Part shown: positions 9,719-21,068 of the stretch, piece by piece
How the letters are laid out: the number at the start of each line of letters is the position of its first letter
Position numbering within the stretch: the first letter of the stretch is position 1
Assembly (NCBI GenBank): GCA_964252035.1
Contig: OZ176216.1
Origin: Podarcis erhardii
Taxonomy: Eukaryota
Length of the DNA stretch: 64,000 nt
Reading direction: 5' to 3' (one strand)
Notes under the pieces: model-generated
Database searches by the model: none
Seen by the model: the letters and a program-made list of their open reading frames with translations, nothing else
Told to the model about the DNA's origin: nothing
Translations under genes and position numbers: made by a program

Positions 9719-10592
9719 AAAAGTTCTAGAAGCTTTTGCGTTTCCCTTTTATTTGCAGAGGGAGGGGTTCCCAAGGATGGCCAACTGGAGCACACGTCCG
9801 GGCATAAAGCCTTTGGTATTTATTTTTATTTATTTATAAAACATTTGCATACTGTGTCATATAAAATATATAAAAGAGGTTGACCGCAATAAAAACATAC
9901 AAAAAAAGTAAAAAGCAGACATCAATCAAGCACAGTGGAAGGATGCATTCTTAATTGCCTGTGTAAGCCTGGCAGAATGGGAAAGTTTTCAGCAGACATT
10001 TTAAAGTTGAAACAAAAGGCGCCTGCTGAATCTCTAGTGGCAGTGAGTTCCATCAGACTGGGTCGATGACACCAAAGGCTCAGTTTCTCATTGCTGTCGG
10101 GGGAGGGCTACTGGGAATGCTGTGCCCCAAAATTCTGAAGCCAGCACTGCAGGAAGAGGGAAAATTAGAACACAATCCTTGAAAGTTTCAAATTGTGCCA
10201 CAGGTTTCTCAAAAGCACATCTGAGCTCTGTTGAGGGAAGAAATTGCAGAAGCTTGCCCTCCATATAATCTTAGAATTGTAGAGTTGGAAGGGAACTCCA
10301 AAGGTCATCCAGTCCAACCCCCTGCTGCCATGCAGGAATCTCAACTAAAGCATCCCTGACAGATGGCCATCCAACCTCTGCTTAAAAACCTCCCAGGAAG
10401 GAGAGTCCCCAACACCGTTCCGCTGTCAAACAGCTCTTACTGTCCACTCCCCATCTAAGTCCACAACCCCCTGGGAACACTGGGTGGGCTTTAGGGTGGT
10501 TTGTGAAAGGTGGGGTGAGGCCCAAAAGGGCCCCCTCCCTGTGAATGGAGCATGTGTCCTAGAATGTTAATGCTCAGAACACTGAAACTTAC

Positions 10593-10805
10593 TGTTATGT
10601 ATTGAAGTGCTCACCCTGGCCACCAGGGGTATTGTGTATATAGTTTTCACTCAGGTCCATTTCAGTTAATTTAGACGGGAAACCCTGGGGTGGTGTTGTT
10701 ACAACGTTGACAGGCCGACTGAGCTGTTCAGTTCAGTTCCAGCTTACTATAAAAAACCACTTGGATAAATCTCTGTCGTCTGCTTTGTCAACCCACTACT
10801 TAATA
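10593..10805 (+). mobile_element. Solo LTR (Gypsy-like or other LTR retrotransposon) with 5-bp TSD CTTAC
   Basis: Starts TGTTATG and ends CTTAATA (CA>TA decay); CTTAC at 10588-10592 and 10806-10810; degenerate poly(A) signal CTATAAAAAACC inside. Confidence 0.7.
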
Positions 10806-11026
10806 CTTACGGCATCACCTGGTTAGCAGGAAAAGGAATAATGGAAAGTAGAGACCTTGAAAAGGGAGGCTGGGCTTGACCTCTTCACTCTCATGAAGCT
10901 CTCTAGGCCAGCCTGGGGCCATTCACCTTGCAGGGTCGTTGTAAAGGGTGAGTTGGCTAGAAGAGGCACAAACTCTACCCTGAGCAACTTGGGATATACA
11001 ATCCCATTAAAATTACAATATAAGTT

Positions 11027-11152
11027 AGGTAAAGGTACCCCTGACCATTAGGTCCAGTCGCGGACGACTCTGGGGTTGTGGCGCTCATCTTGCTCTATAG
11101 GCCGAGGGAGCCAGCGTTTGTCCGCAGACAGCTTCCAGGTCATGTGGCCAGC
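11027..11152 (-). mobile_element. Sauria SINE 3' half only
   Basis: AGGTAAAGGTACCCCTGACCATTAGGTCCAGTCG...GTCATGTGGCCAGC, truncated at the junction with BovB. Confidence 0.85.
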
Positions 11153-11679
11153 CTGCTTCTTGGGAGGAAAGCAATGACAAACCTAGACAGCATCTTAAAA
11201 AGCAGAGACATCACCTTGCCAACAAAGGTTTGTATAGTTAAAACTATGGTTTTCCCAGTAGTGATGTATGGAAGTGAGAGCTGGACCATAAAGAAGGGTG
11301 ATCGCCTAAGAATTGATGCTTTTGAATTCTGGTGCTGGAGGAGACTCTTGAGAGTCCCATGGACTGCAAGAAGATCAAACCTATCCATTCTTAAGGAAAT
11401 CAGCCCTGAGAGCTCACTGGAAGGACGGATCCTGAAGCTGAGGCTCCAAGACTTTGGCCACCTCATGAGAAGAGAAGACTCCCTGGAAAAGACCCTGATG
11501 TTGGGAAAGATGGAGGGCACAAGGAGAAGGGGACGACAGAGGACGAGATGGTGGAACAGTGTTCTCGAAGCTACCGGCATGAGTTTGACCAAACTGCGGG
11601 AGGCAATGGAAGACAGGAGTGCCTGGCGTGCTCTGGTCCAGGGGTCACCAAGAGTCGGACACGACTAAACAACAACAAA
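11153..11679 (+). mobile_element. RTE-BovB LINE 3' end (RT C-terminus, 5'-truncated)
   Basis: LLLGRKAMTNLDSILKSRDITLPTKV...VFPVVMYGSESWTIKK...IDAFEFWCWRRLLRVPWTARRSN...LEKTLMLGK is BovB ORF; tail GAGTCGGACACGACTAAAC(AAC)n. Confidence 0.95.
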
Positions 11680-12229
11680 GCATTTGCTGCCTCCAACAGT
11701 GGAGGGAGAAGAGGGGCGTTGTGGCTGGCAGGCCCCTGGTAGCCCCCTATTTGTTTAACAAAACGGTTTGTTTTAATATTTCTGCAAAGCTCAGTGAGCT
11801 CAGCCTCCTGCTCTGTCGACAAAGCCGTTTCTTGACGATCGCTCTAGCAAGGAAGTGCAAGAGGAATAAATCTGCAGTTCTGCTGCGGCAGAGGAGAGAC
11901 GGTCCGCAGTCCTCCTCTCTCGCTCTCCCCTACAGCTTAGGAGCTTCCCTGCTTGGCTCTGACACTTCCAGACAGGACCCCCCTCTGCGCTGGCCTACTG
12001 ATCTGTAAACTAACAACTACACGACTAAACGACTCAACAACAACGATGCTTATTGATGTTTTTCCTCATTTCCCCTGCAAATGGTTCCCTATATCAAGAC
12101 AGACGCGTCTCCCAGGTCCAGGAAACTTAATTCCTCGTCCACGTCCTCAGAGGCTTGGTTTTGTCTCGCAACTCTATGAGCGCTTTCCCGTCTCTTCCGC
12201 CTTCCGTTTATTCCCTGGCATGAAGTGAC

Positions 12230-12453
12230 TCCCTGCGCTGTTCATCGTGGGAAATGGATTGCACGGATTCAAGTGTGATCACGTGACTGAAAACGGCCGC
12301 CCTGTGACTGCGGAAAAACGGGTATGCAATGGAGACGCTTTCGGAAGTGACATCACTTCCTATTTCCGGTGGTGACTCTTCCTGTTTCCGCCGGGCGAAC
12401 TGGAACGAGGGGGGCAGAGAGTTAAGCTCACCCCTCAGGGTGTACTAAGTTGT

Positions 12454-12528
<75 letters not shown>

Positions 12529-12730
12529 GCAGTTGCTCCAGGCTCTTCCTCCGACTTCTGTCATCGAAGCCGCTCTCGCCACCGCCACCCTTGCTCTCTA
12601 TGGCTCCCCTCTTCCGCCCCCTCCAGCCAATCAGTTTGCACGGCTGCTTTCTTCCCCCTCTCTCCCAAGATGGCGCCGCCCGTCCGCCGAGGCGTTTCTT
12701 GAGCTTCGACGGCGGCGCCGGTGGTTGCCA
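12230..12730 (+). promoter_or_regulatory. ERAL1 CpG-island promoter
   Basis: CpG-rich; TCACGTGAC E-box 12279-12287, ETS sites 12342-12390, GC box 12615-12621, CCAAT 12627-12631, YY1-like CAAGATGGCG 12666-12675. Confidence 0.75.
12456..12527. repeat. (AAT)24 microsatellite inside the ERAL1 promoter
   Basis: 72 bp perfect repeat. Confidence 0.97.
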
Positions 12731-15700
12731 TGGCGGCGGCGGTGGCGGCGGCGTGCCTGGCCCGGCGTGGCTGGCGGGCTTTGGGCCTGGCCGGACTTGG
12801 GGCCTCGGCGGGAGGAGGGAGGCCGTCGTCGCGCTGCGCCTGCTCAGGTGGCGTTGGGCTTGGTTAATCTTTGGAACTCGCCGCCGCATGTTGTGAGGTT
12901 GTCTCACTGGCGGGAAGCTGGATTAATCTGTAGATAGATCAGCCGAGTAGAAGGCCCAAAGCTAACGCCTTTTTAGTTTTAGGGAAAGGCCACTGGTCTT
13001 TAATATTGTTTTTAATGCTGTACGCCGACCTGGGAGCTTAGGCTGAAGAGTGGGCAATTCATTCATTCGTTAATTATATCTTAAGTGCTGGCACGACACC
13101 TGCTTTGCATGCAGAAGGCTCCAGGTTCAATGCCAAGTAGCATCTCCAGCTAGCAGCTATAACATTGGAGAGTTGCTGCCAGCCAAAGTAAACAATACTG
13201 AGTTTATTGACCCTACTCAGTATAAGGAAGCTGCCCGTTTTCTCCTGTTGTTCTGCATGAAAATCATTTGCCTTAGCTCCCTTCTTCCTGCCAATAGTGC
13301 CTCTGTGCTTCCTGGCCTTTAATAGCCCTACTTCCTGGAATTTCTTTGTACAGTGGTACCTTGGTTTAAGAAAAGTCCTGTTTACAAACTATTCGGTTTA
13401 CGAACTCCGCAAAACTGGAAGTAGTGTCCTGGTTTGTGAACTTTACCAGTTTGCAAACAGAATCCGAACGGTGGAAGGGCACTGGCAGTGGGAGGCCTCG
13501 TCAGGGAAAGCGCGCCTCGGTTTAATAATGATTTCAGTTTAAGAACAGACTTCCGGAATGGATTATAAACCGAGGTACCACTCTATTCTTTAGCCTACCT
13601 GCAAAAGTGTTTCCATTTCTAGAACCTGCTTTCACCAGAGGAAAGTGTACTCCTCCTTCCCCTTCTTTCTCGGCAGATTGACTGCAAACACTCTTTGGTT
13701 CCTGAGAATTTTCCTGCCTCTCTCATTAACACTAAAACATGTGGGCATCCATTGAAGCTGAATGCTTGAAGATTCAGGAGAGTGAAAAGGAAATCCTTCT
13801 TCATGTAGTGCATAGTCAAACTGGAAAACTCACTTCCATAGATGGCAGTGATGGCTGACAACCTAGATGGCTTTTAAAAAGTAGACAAATGCATTACAAT
13901 TAGCCATGATAGCTATGCTTTGCCCACCACAGCTGGAGGCAGGAATATGCCTGAAGACCAGTTGCTGGAAACTCCAGGAGGGGGCTCTTGTACTCAAATC
14001 CTGCTTGAAGGTTTCCCATTGGGGCATCTGGTCGGCCACTGTGAGAACAAAATGCTGGACTAGTTGGCCCCAATCCAGCAAGCTCATCTTATCTTCTTAT
14101 GAGTAGCTGTAATGTTTGCCAGCATTCTGTGCCGTCACACCCATAGATCAGCTCATATCAGAGCAAGTTCAACCCCCACAAATGCCTGACATTCTGGGTT
14201 CTTGGTCCTGAGGTTTCCCCACCACATCCTTGATCTGCAAGAGGAGTATTTCTAAAATGCGGGTTTTCTCTCTTGTTATTTGCTTTAGGTATCAGCCTCC
14301 ATTTCTTGAAGGACCCATTCCATCAGGGCAGGATTGTCCCAGCTCGCTTGTATGGAAACGACTCTGCCCTGGATTACATCCTTGGGATTACTAAAGAAGA
14401 TGCCCCATCTTTGGTTGGTCAGCACCCACCGCCTTTGAGCGCCTTTAAAGGTGAACCTTGACTTCTGTCAGTTATGTTTGGGTAGCAGGCCGAAATTGAT
14501 TTCCTTTGGTAGAAGCTGATTGGAATTCCTTTGGTAGAAGCTGATTGGAATTATCGTAGGGACGCGGGTGGCGCTGTGGGTTAAACCACTGAGCCTAGTG
14601 CTTGCCGATCAGAAGATTGGCGGTTCGAATCCCCGCAACGGGGTGAGCTCCCGTTGCTCAGTCCCAGTTCCTGCCAACCTAGAAGTTTGAAAGCACATCA
14701 ATGTGCAAGTAGATAAATAGACACCACTCCGGCGGGAAGGTAAATGGCATTTCAATGCACTGCTCTGGTTCTCCAGAAGCGGCTTAGTCATGCTGGCCAC
14801 GTGACCTGGAAGCTGTACGCCGGCTCCCTCGGCCAATAAAGTGAGATGAGCGCCGCAACCCCAGAGTCGGTCACGACTGGACCTAATAGTCAGGGGTTCC
14901 TTTACCTTTACCTTTAATCATCATATTATTATTAGTTGCCAACCCTTCACCCTCAGGTCCCAGGGAGGGCTACAACATTAAAACACAATATTAAAAACAG
15001 TTTAAAACAACTTGCAATCACAAAATTAGCCTAGTTCTGGATGTGGAAGCCTTTAGTTTAATCTATTGGGACTCGCAAAGCACTGAGGTCCCATAGAGAT
15101 TGTTCATGTGAAACCACTGGAAATAGCAAGTGATGTCTGGGCGTTCTTTCTGCAGCTGAGCAAGACATTTTGCTGGGGCACCAGCCGGATCAGCCTGAGA
15201 ATCCCAAGATCTTGAGAATCGCCATCATTGGGGCTCCAAATGCTGGGAAATCGACCCTGTCGAACCAGCTCTTGGGACGGAAGGTAATGAGCTGGAGCAC
15301 ACAGCCTCCATGGGTGTGGGAGGATTGGGGCTGCCCTCCAGCACTCCCTTGCATTATACAACCCCTTGGCTTCTCTCCTTGACAGGTCCTGCCTGTCTCC
15401 AAGAAGGTGCACACGACCAGGCGCAATGCCCAGGGCGTCATCACAAAGGACGATACTCAGCTGGTTGGTATTAAGAATTGGCCCAAGCACTCTCCAACAC
15501 CCCAGGCACACCTTGTGAAACTCACATGCCAAGGTTTGGTGCTGTTTGCCCACAGCAACTGGCATTTGGTGGTGTGATACTCCAAAACATGGAGACTCCA
15601 TGTTCAGCTAACACGGTTGACGGCAGAGCTACCATTCATTAATTGAGGAGTATTCTGTTCTACTCCCTTATAGCAGGAATTCCTCTCTCTTTTTTTTCTT

Positions 15701-18700
15701 CAGTGAAGTTCTCAATGAGCAAATTCATTTCTTCAGCCAAGTGTTTTCTTAAACCTTTTAAGTGATTTGATTCTCTGTTTCTTTGCCTAGGTTGTCTTGG
15801 ACACTCCAGGCCTCACCACACACCTCAAAGCCAAAAGGTATAGAAGTAACTGGAGCCTGGGAGAGAAGCAGTTCTTTTGGGGCTGGGAAGTACTGAATTC
15901 ACGCTGTGTGTTTCTTTCAACTTTTCTTTCAGGCATCAGTTGGAAAAAACTCTGCTTTACGACCCCTGTAAGAGCTTGAAGAATGCAGACCTAGGTAGAG
16001 AATAGGTTTCCTTTTCTTACCTTGACCTCTCTCTCCCATCATGCCACCCCTGGACCACTTAGTGGTCGCCATCCTTTGCTGCTGCAGTGATTTATGTGGT
16101 GATGGTGGGAAGGATGAACCAGTGTCCCAGTGTGGTGCAGGGCTTAGAGTGTTGGACTAGGACCTGGGAGACCAGGGTCCAAATCTCCACTTGGCCATGA
16201 CTCACTTGGCGACTCCAGGCCAGTCACTATATTTCAGCCTGTCCTACCTCAGAAGGCTGTGGGGATATAAATGGGGGTGGGGGGTGGACATTGCTTTATA
16301 TCCCTTTTTTTCTCCATGGATACAACATTAAAACATTAAGATGCAGCCTCTTCACAGGAGGAGAAAGCAAAAAAGAAAGAGGGAGAGGGAATCAAACTGA
16401 TTCTAAGCCAAAGGCCAGGCAGAACAACTCTGTCTTACAGGCCCTGCGGAAAGAAATCAGATGCCTCAGGGCCCTGGTCTCATGAGACAGAGCGTTCCAC
16501 CAGCCTGGAGCCAGTGTTGAAAAGGTCCTGGCTCTGGTTGAAGCTAATCTAACTTCCTTTGGGCCCAGGACGTCTAGGGTGTTGCTATTTATGGACCGTA
16601 AGGTCCTCCGTGGGGCATGCCAGGAGAGGCGGTCCTGTAGGTCCTCCCCCTCCTCATTTAATCTCCACAACAACCTTGTGGGGTAAATTATGCTGAGAGT
16701 GAGCGACTGACCCAAGGTCACTCAGTAGGCTTTGTGGTCAAGTGGGGATTCGAACCCTGTTCTTCCAGGTCGTAGTCCAACACTCTAACCACACTCTGGG
16801 CTGCCAGCGCTAGAGGCTTTTTTCCTCCTTGGACCAGCTGATGTTACCGTTAAGGATCGTTTTGCTTTAAGATGGGCTGGTGGCTGTCTGCTGCTTGGGA
16901 GTGAAAGGTTGACCCAGGCTGACCTTGTGACCCCCACTTCCTTCTTTGAAGTGCTAGTTCTCGTGGATGTTTCAGACCATTATACCCGGAACCGCCTCCA
17001 CCCAGAGGTGCTCCAGTGTCTGGCTCGGTTCCCTGATCTTCCCAGCATCCTTGTCTTGAACAAGGTGAGTGTGCCCAATTTCCTTATCCCAAAAGGGATG
17101 GGCTGCAGGGCTAGAGAATGTAATATAGCAACAATTTCCATTTATTGCCAAAAGGTTCTTTTTTTTTGTTCCGTGGTGCAGAAACCACAGCAGAACCAAA
17201 AACGGCTGCAGAAAACAATCAAGGGTGCTTGCAGTTTGTTAAAATTTGCACCCTTGGCTAAAATTGCCCTCATCTCTTATCAAATGCTTTAGCTGATAGA
17301 TCTCCTCTCTAATCTATGCAGCTCTAATCTTAATCTCGTCTTCCTCTCTCATTCATATATATGATTGCTACTTAGACTTGCATCTTTATTTTCACTGCTA
17401 TTTTTTACCATGCCTATGGCATCCTGCGGCCTCGATGCCACTCATCTCCAGTTCTGCTTTACCCCTGGAGCTGCTGATGCCATCTTCCCTAGATGCCACT
17501 AATATTGAGATTTCTTTCAATGTTTTTCAGGCAACAATGCAAGCCACAAATTCTGGCGAAGGGATAAAGTTCAGTTGAGCCAAGGGGCTAGGGACCAAGC
17601 CCCTCAACCACCTCAGCTGAGAGAACTGGCCATTCCAGCTGGCACATAATACTCATTCCACAATTGTAATATAGTGTGGCAACACCTACACTTTGGAACT
17701 CCCCGCCTATTGACATCAGGCAGGCACTTTCGCTACACATTTTTCAGCACCTGCTAAAAACGTCGTTTAGACAAGCCTGGCCAGATGTTTAGGAAGTCAA
17801 AAGGTGTTTTAATCTGCCTTTAGTCTATTGTTGCTTTAGCTTTATCTTTTCGCAAACTGCTTTGAGGGTTTTCCTCCCCGCAATCAAGTGGTGCATAAAT
17901 TTAGGAAATAAATAAGTAAATACATTCCTGCAACTCCTGATTCCCTTCCATTTCTTCTGTTTCAGGTGGACCTTCTGAAGAAGAAATTTCTCCTGCTGTA
18001 CCTGGTGACGGAGCTGACCGAGGGGGTCGTCAATGGAAAGAAGCTGAAAGTCAAGTCCAGAGTCAAGCCAGACTCCCTTACGGAGGTCACCCAGGTGTCA
18101 GCGACCTCTGAACACCTGTCCCCAGAGACCAGGCATCTGGAGGCAGATCAAGGGCCTCAGCCTGGCTCCGTTTTGGATGGTGAAGCCAGTGAGGCTGCAG
18201 AAGACTCATTTCTTGCAAAGGAGAAGAGGAAACATGTGAGGGAGAAAGCCAGGAAGGGCTGGCCCGGCTTCCAGGAGATCTTTATGCTGGCTGCTACGGA
18301 GAGAGAGGAAGTGGAGACTCTGAAGGTAAATCGCAGGGCTGTTGCTTGGGGTCATGCTTGGAGTACCTGCTTTGCCATGTGGTGGGTCCTAGGTTTCAGT
18401 CCCCAATAGCATGTCCAGGTAGGACTTGGCGGGAGGGAAGACTTCTGCCTGGCAACAATTTCCTTTGGGGGGATGGGGGGGACAGGACAGAGGGAAGGCT
18501 GGCCCCGCCTTGCATTTTATCGAAATAATGCTTTTGTTTGTTTTATGCGTAAATAATATTTGTATGCTGCTGTGTCGTAAAAAATATATCAAAGCGGTTT
18601 ACAGAATTAGAAGGTTAAAAACAGACATCAATCCACCATTGCGGAAGGATGTCTTCGTATTTGCCTTCTTAGACCTGGCAGAATAGAAATGTTTTCAGCA

Positions 18701-19907
18701 GGCGTTTAAAAGTCAGCACAGAAAGGGCGCCTGCTGAATCTCTAGTGGCAGAGAGTTCCACAAGACTGGGCCGATCACAACGAAGCCTCAGTTTCTTGTT
18801 GTCAGATGAGCCTTCCCATAAAAGGAACGGCCAGTGGCGCTCCTGCAGGTGATCGCACTTGACTGAGCAGCGATAGAAGGGTTCAGGCAGGGCCTGAGGC
18901 ACTCTGGACCCAAGTTGTTCCAGGTCTGTTATAGAACAGGAGGCTGGGTTGGTGTGCCATTGGTCTGAAGCTGGGAGGCCAGGGTTCGAATCCCCTACTC
19001 AGTCACAAAGCTCTCTGGCTGACCTGGGGCCAGTCTCTCTCTCTTTCTCCACCATGCCTACCTCACAGGGTTGTTGTGGGGGTAGGATCATGAAGGGGAG
19101 CACCACATCCACCACCTTGAGCTCTTTGCACAAAAGAAGGTGTGATGTAAATGGGGTATAGAAAATAAAATAAAATCAAAATGCCAAACACCCTCTGCCC
19201 CCCAGAGGCAGTGATGCAAGAATCATGGGACTGTAGAGTTGGGAGGGACCTGCAGAGGACATCTAGTCCAACCCTCCTGGCCTGACCCTGGCTCTTGTTT
19301 CCAACAGAGGTACCTTTTGAAGCAGGCCAGGCCAGGCCCCTGGGAGTTCCACAGCGAGGTCCTGACCACCCAGACCCCGCAGGAGGTCTGTGATAACATC
19401 ATCCGAGAGAAGCTTCTCGAGTATCTGCCTGAGGAAGTGCCCTACATGGTGACCCAGGTGAGGTGGGGAGGGCCAGGAGGTGATGGGTTGGGATCCTATC
19501 CCCTTCTTCCCTTCCTTACACATCCTAGCATGTGCGCTCCCCTCCACTGTAGACCTGAGGGCTCCTTCTCTTTTCCTTGCAGAGGACGGAGGTCTGGGAA
19601 GAGGGGCCTGGCGGGGAGCTGGTCATCGTGCAGAATTTGATAGTCCAGAAGGAGACGCACGTGGTGAGTACCTGGTCAGAAGGTGTCTCTCTCCTCCCGC
19701 CACCAGCCAAGAGAAACATTTCTGCCAAGCTGTCAGTTTGGCATTGAGGGTGGCTATTTTTTCCCCTAAACCTCCAGCCCAAAGCAGTAATGGTAGTGGC
19801 CATGAAGAGAGGGACCGTCTCCACCATAGGCATTTAAAGCAGCTTCATGCCACTTCAGATAGTTGTGGCTTCCCCCAAAGAATCATGGGAACTTAATAAT
19901 AATAATA

Positions 19908-19940
<33 letters not shown>

Positions 19941-21068
19941 TATTTATACCCCACCCCTCTGGCTGGGTTTCCCCAGCCACTCTGGGCTGCTCCCAACAGA
20001 ATATTATTATTATTATTATTATTATTTAAGCGATAAAACATCAAACATTAAAAACTTCCCTAAACAGGGCTGCCTTCAGATGCCTTATAAAAGTGAGATA
20101 GTTGTTTATTTCCTTGACTTCCTATGGTAGGGTGTTACACAGGGAGGGTGCCACTATCGAGAAGGCCCTCTGTCTGGTTCCCTGTAACCTCACTTCTCGC
20201 AGGAAGGGAACTGCCAGAAGGCCCTCGGAGCTGGACCTCAGTGTCTGGGCTGAACGATGGGGGTGGAGACGCTCCTTCGGGTCTACGGGGCCGAGGCTGT
20301 TTCAAGGAACTGTATTTTGATAAGCCTGCTGAGAATCTTTAGGCTGCTCCCCTAGTCCCTCCCACCTCACAGAACTACAATTCTCAGAGCAGTTTAACAA
20401 ACAATGAGTGTTGGAAAATTCAGGACACATAAAAGGGGAAGACCTTCTTTATGCAACCCATACTTAGACTGTGGAACTCTCTCCCACAGGAGGCAGTGAT
20501 GGCCACCAACCTGGGTGGTTTGAAAGAGGGTTAGACAAATCCATGGAGGAGGAGAGGGCTATTGATGGCTACTAGCCAGGATGGCGGTTGGAGGCAGCAA
20601 CGTCCAATGCTCTCTGAATGCTGATTTCTGGAAACACCCTGGGGAGGAGAGGGCTCTTGGTTCAAATCTTGCTCGGGGAGTTCTCATGGAGACACTTCGT
20701 TGGCCCCTATGACCAAAGGATGCTGGACAAGATGGGCCATTGGCTTGTTCCAGCAGGCTGTTGTTATGTTCTAATATAAGCCTTCTTCCCAATGAACTTT
20801 CTGTAGTTGCAGATAAGCTTCTCAGCTGGGGAATGGGGTAGGGTGAGCAAAAAAGGATGCCTAGGCTGTGATGCCACAAATGATAAGCTGTCTCGATTCC
20901 CACTGACACTCCTTTCTTCTTGGCCTTCGCCTTCCCCTGGAGCAGAAGATGCTCATTGGCTCCCGCGGCCACCTGATCAGCAAGATCGCCCAGGAGGCCG
21001 GCTCTGACCTGATGAACGCTTTCCTCTGCGATGTGCACCTGAAGCTTTCTGTGCAGCTGAAGAAATGA
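12730..21068 (+). CDS. ERAL1: Era-like 12S mitochondrial rRNA chaperone 1 (GTPase + KH domain); join(12730-12847,14289-14450,15156-15283,15386-15463,15791-15837,15933-15994,16952-17064,17966-18325,19308-19457,19583-19663,20946-21068), 1422 nt, 473 aa
   Basis: G1 GAPNAGKS, G2 VHTTR, G3 DTPG, G4 NKVD, G5 MLAA, and KH-region EEVPY...WEEGPGGEL...LIGSRG; all introns GT-AG with consistent phases; Ala/Arg-rich mitochondrial presequence after a GCCATGG start. The exon 1 donor (CAG|GTGGCG) is the least certain junction. Confidence 0.95.
13351..13583. mobile_element. Tigger-like MITE (related subfamily) in ERAL1 intron 1
   Basis: TA-CAGTGGTACCTTGGTTTA ... TAAACCGAGGTACCACTC-TA. Confidence 0.8.
14559..14915 (+). 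mobile_element. Full-length Sauria SINE in ERAL1 intron 2
   Basis: tRNA-derived head GGGACGCGGGTGGCGCTGTGGG...GGTTCGAATCCC, BovB-like 3' part GAGTCGGTCACGACTGG, (ACCTTT)n tail, and a degenerate roughly 10-bp TSD (AATTATCGTA/AATCATCATA). Confidence 0.93.
16126..16280 (+). mobile_element. tRNA-derived MIR-like squamate SINE (one of about 10 copies; others near 2600-2720 -, 7930-8045 -, 16650-16790 -, 18940-19090 +, 22855-23010 +, 35560-35790 +, 49850-50050 -, 53830-54260 -, 56460-56600 +)
   Basis: Shared CCAGTGTGG..TAG...AGAGTGTTGGACTAGGACC...CAGGGTTCAAAT..CCAC..GGCCATG...GGCCAGTCAC...CAGCCT.ACCTACCTC core with A- and B-box-like motifs. Confidence 0.7.
16320..16625 (-). mobile_element. L2-clade LINE 3' fragment
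   Basis: Minus-strand PRRTLRS...[41 protein letters not shown] is an L2 C-terminus. Confidence 0.75.
19950..20290 (-). mobile_element. L2 3' end with (TTA)n tails in ERAL1 intron 10
   Basis: Reverse complement of the L2 tail seen at 2400-2600. Confidence 0.75.

Larger units (their letters stand above)
6792..9740 (+). ncRNA. Predicted pri-miR-144/451 host transcript: exon 1 about 6792-6832, intron 6833-8541, exon from 8542 containing the hairpins, poly(A) site near 9735
   Basis: TATA promoter, donor at 6833, polypyrimidine tract plus CAG acceptor at 8521-8541, both miRNA hairpins on +, and AATAAA 9713-9718 with downstream U-rich sequence. Boundaries are predicted, not observed. Confidence 0.55.

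Noticed and set aside
11078-11668. 196-aa ORF as a host gene
   Set aside because: It starts in a Sauria SINE and continues as BovB RT C-terminal sequence; it is a TE remnant.
11762-11769. miR-451 seed match AACGGTTT downstream of the cluster
   Set aside because: It lies beyond the predicted poly(A) site and upstream of the ERAL1 TSS, so it is probably not in a stable transcript; a single site is expected by chance.
12428-12937. Poly-Asn and poly-Leu ORFs over the ERAL1 promoter
   Set aside because: Artefacts of the (AAT)24 microsatellite and the GC-rich CpG island.
15838-15932. ERAL1 intron starting GTATAG as a U12-type intron
   Set aside because: It lacks the RTATCCTT donor and TCCTTAAC branch consensus; an ordinary short U2 intron.
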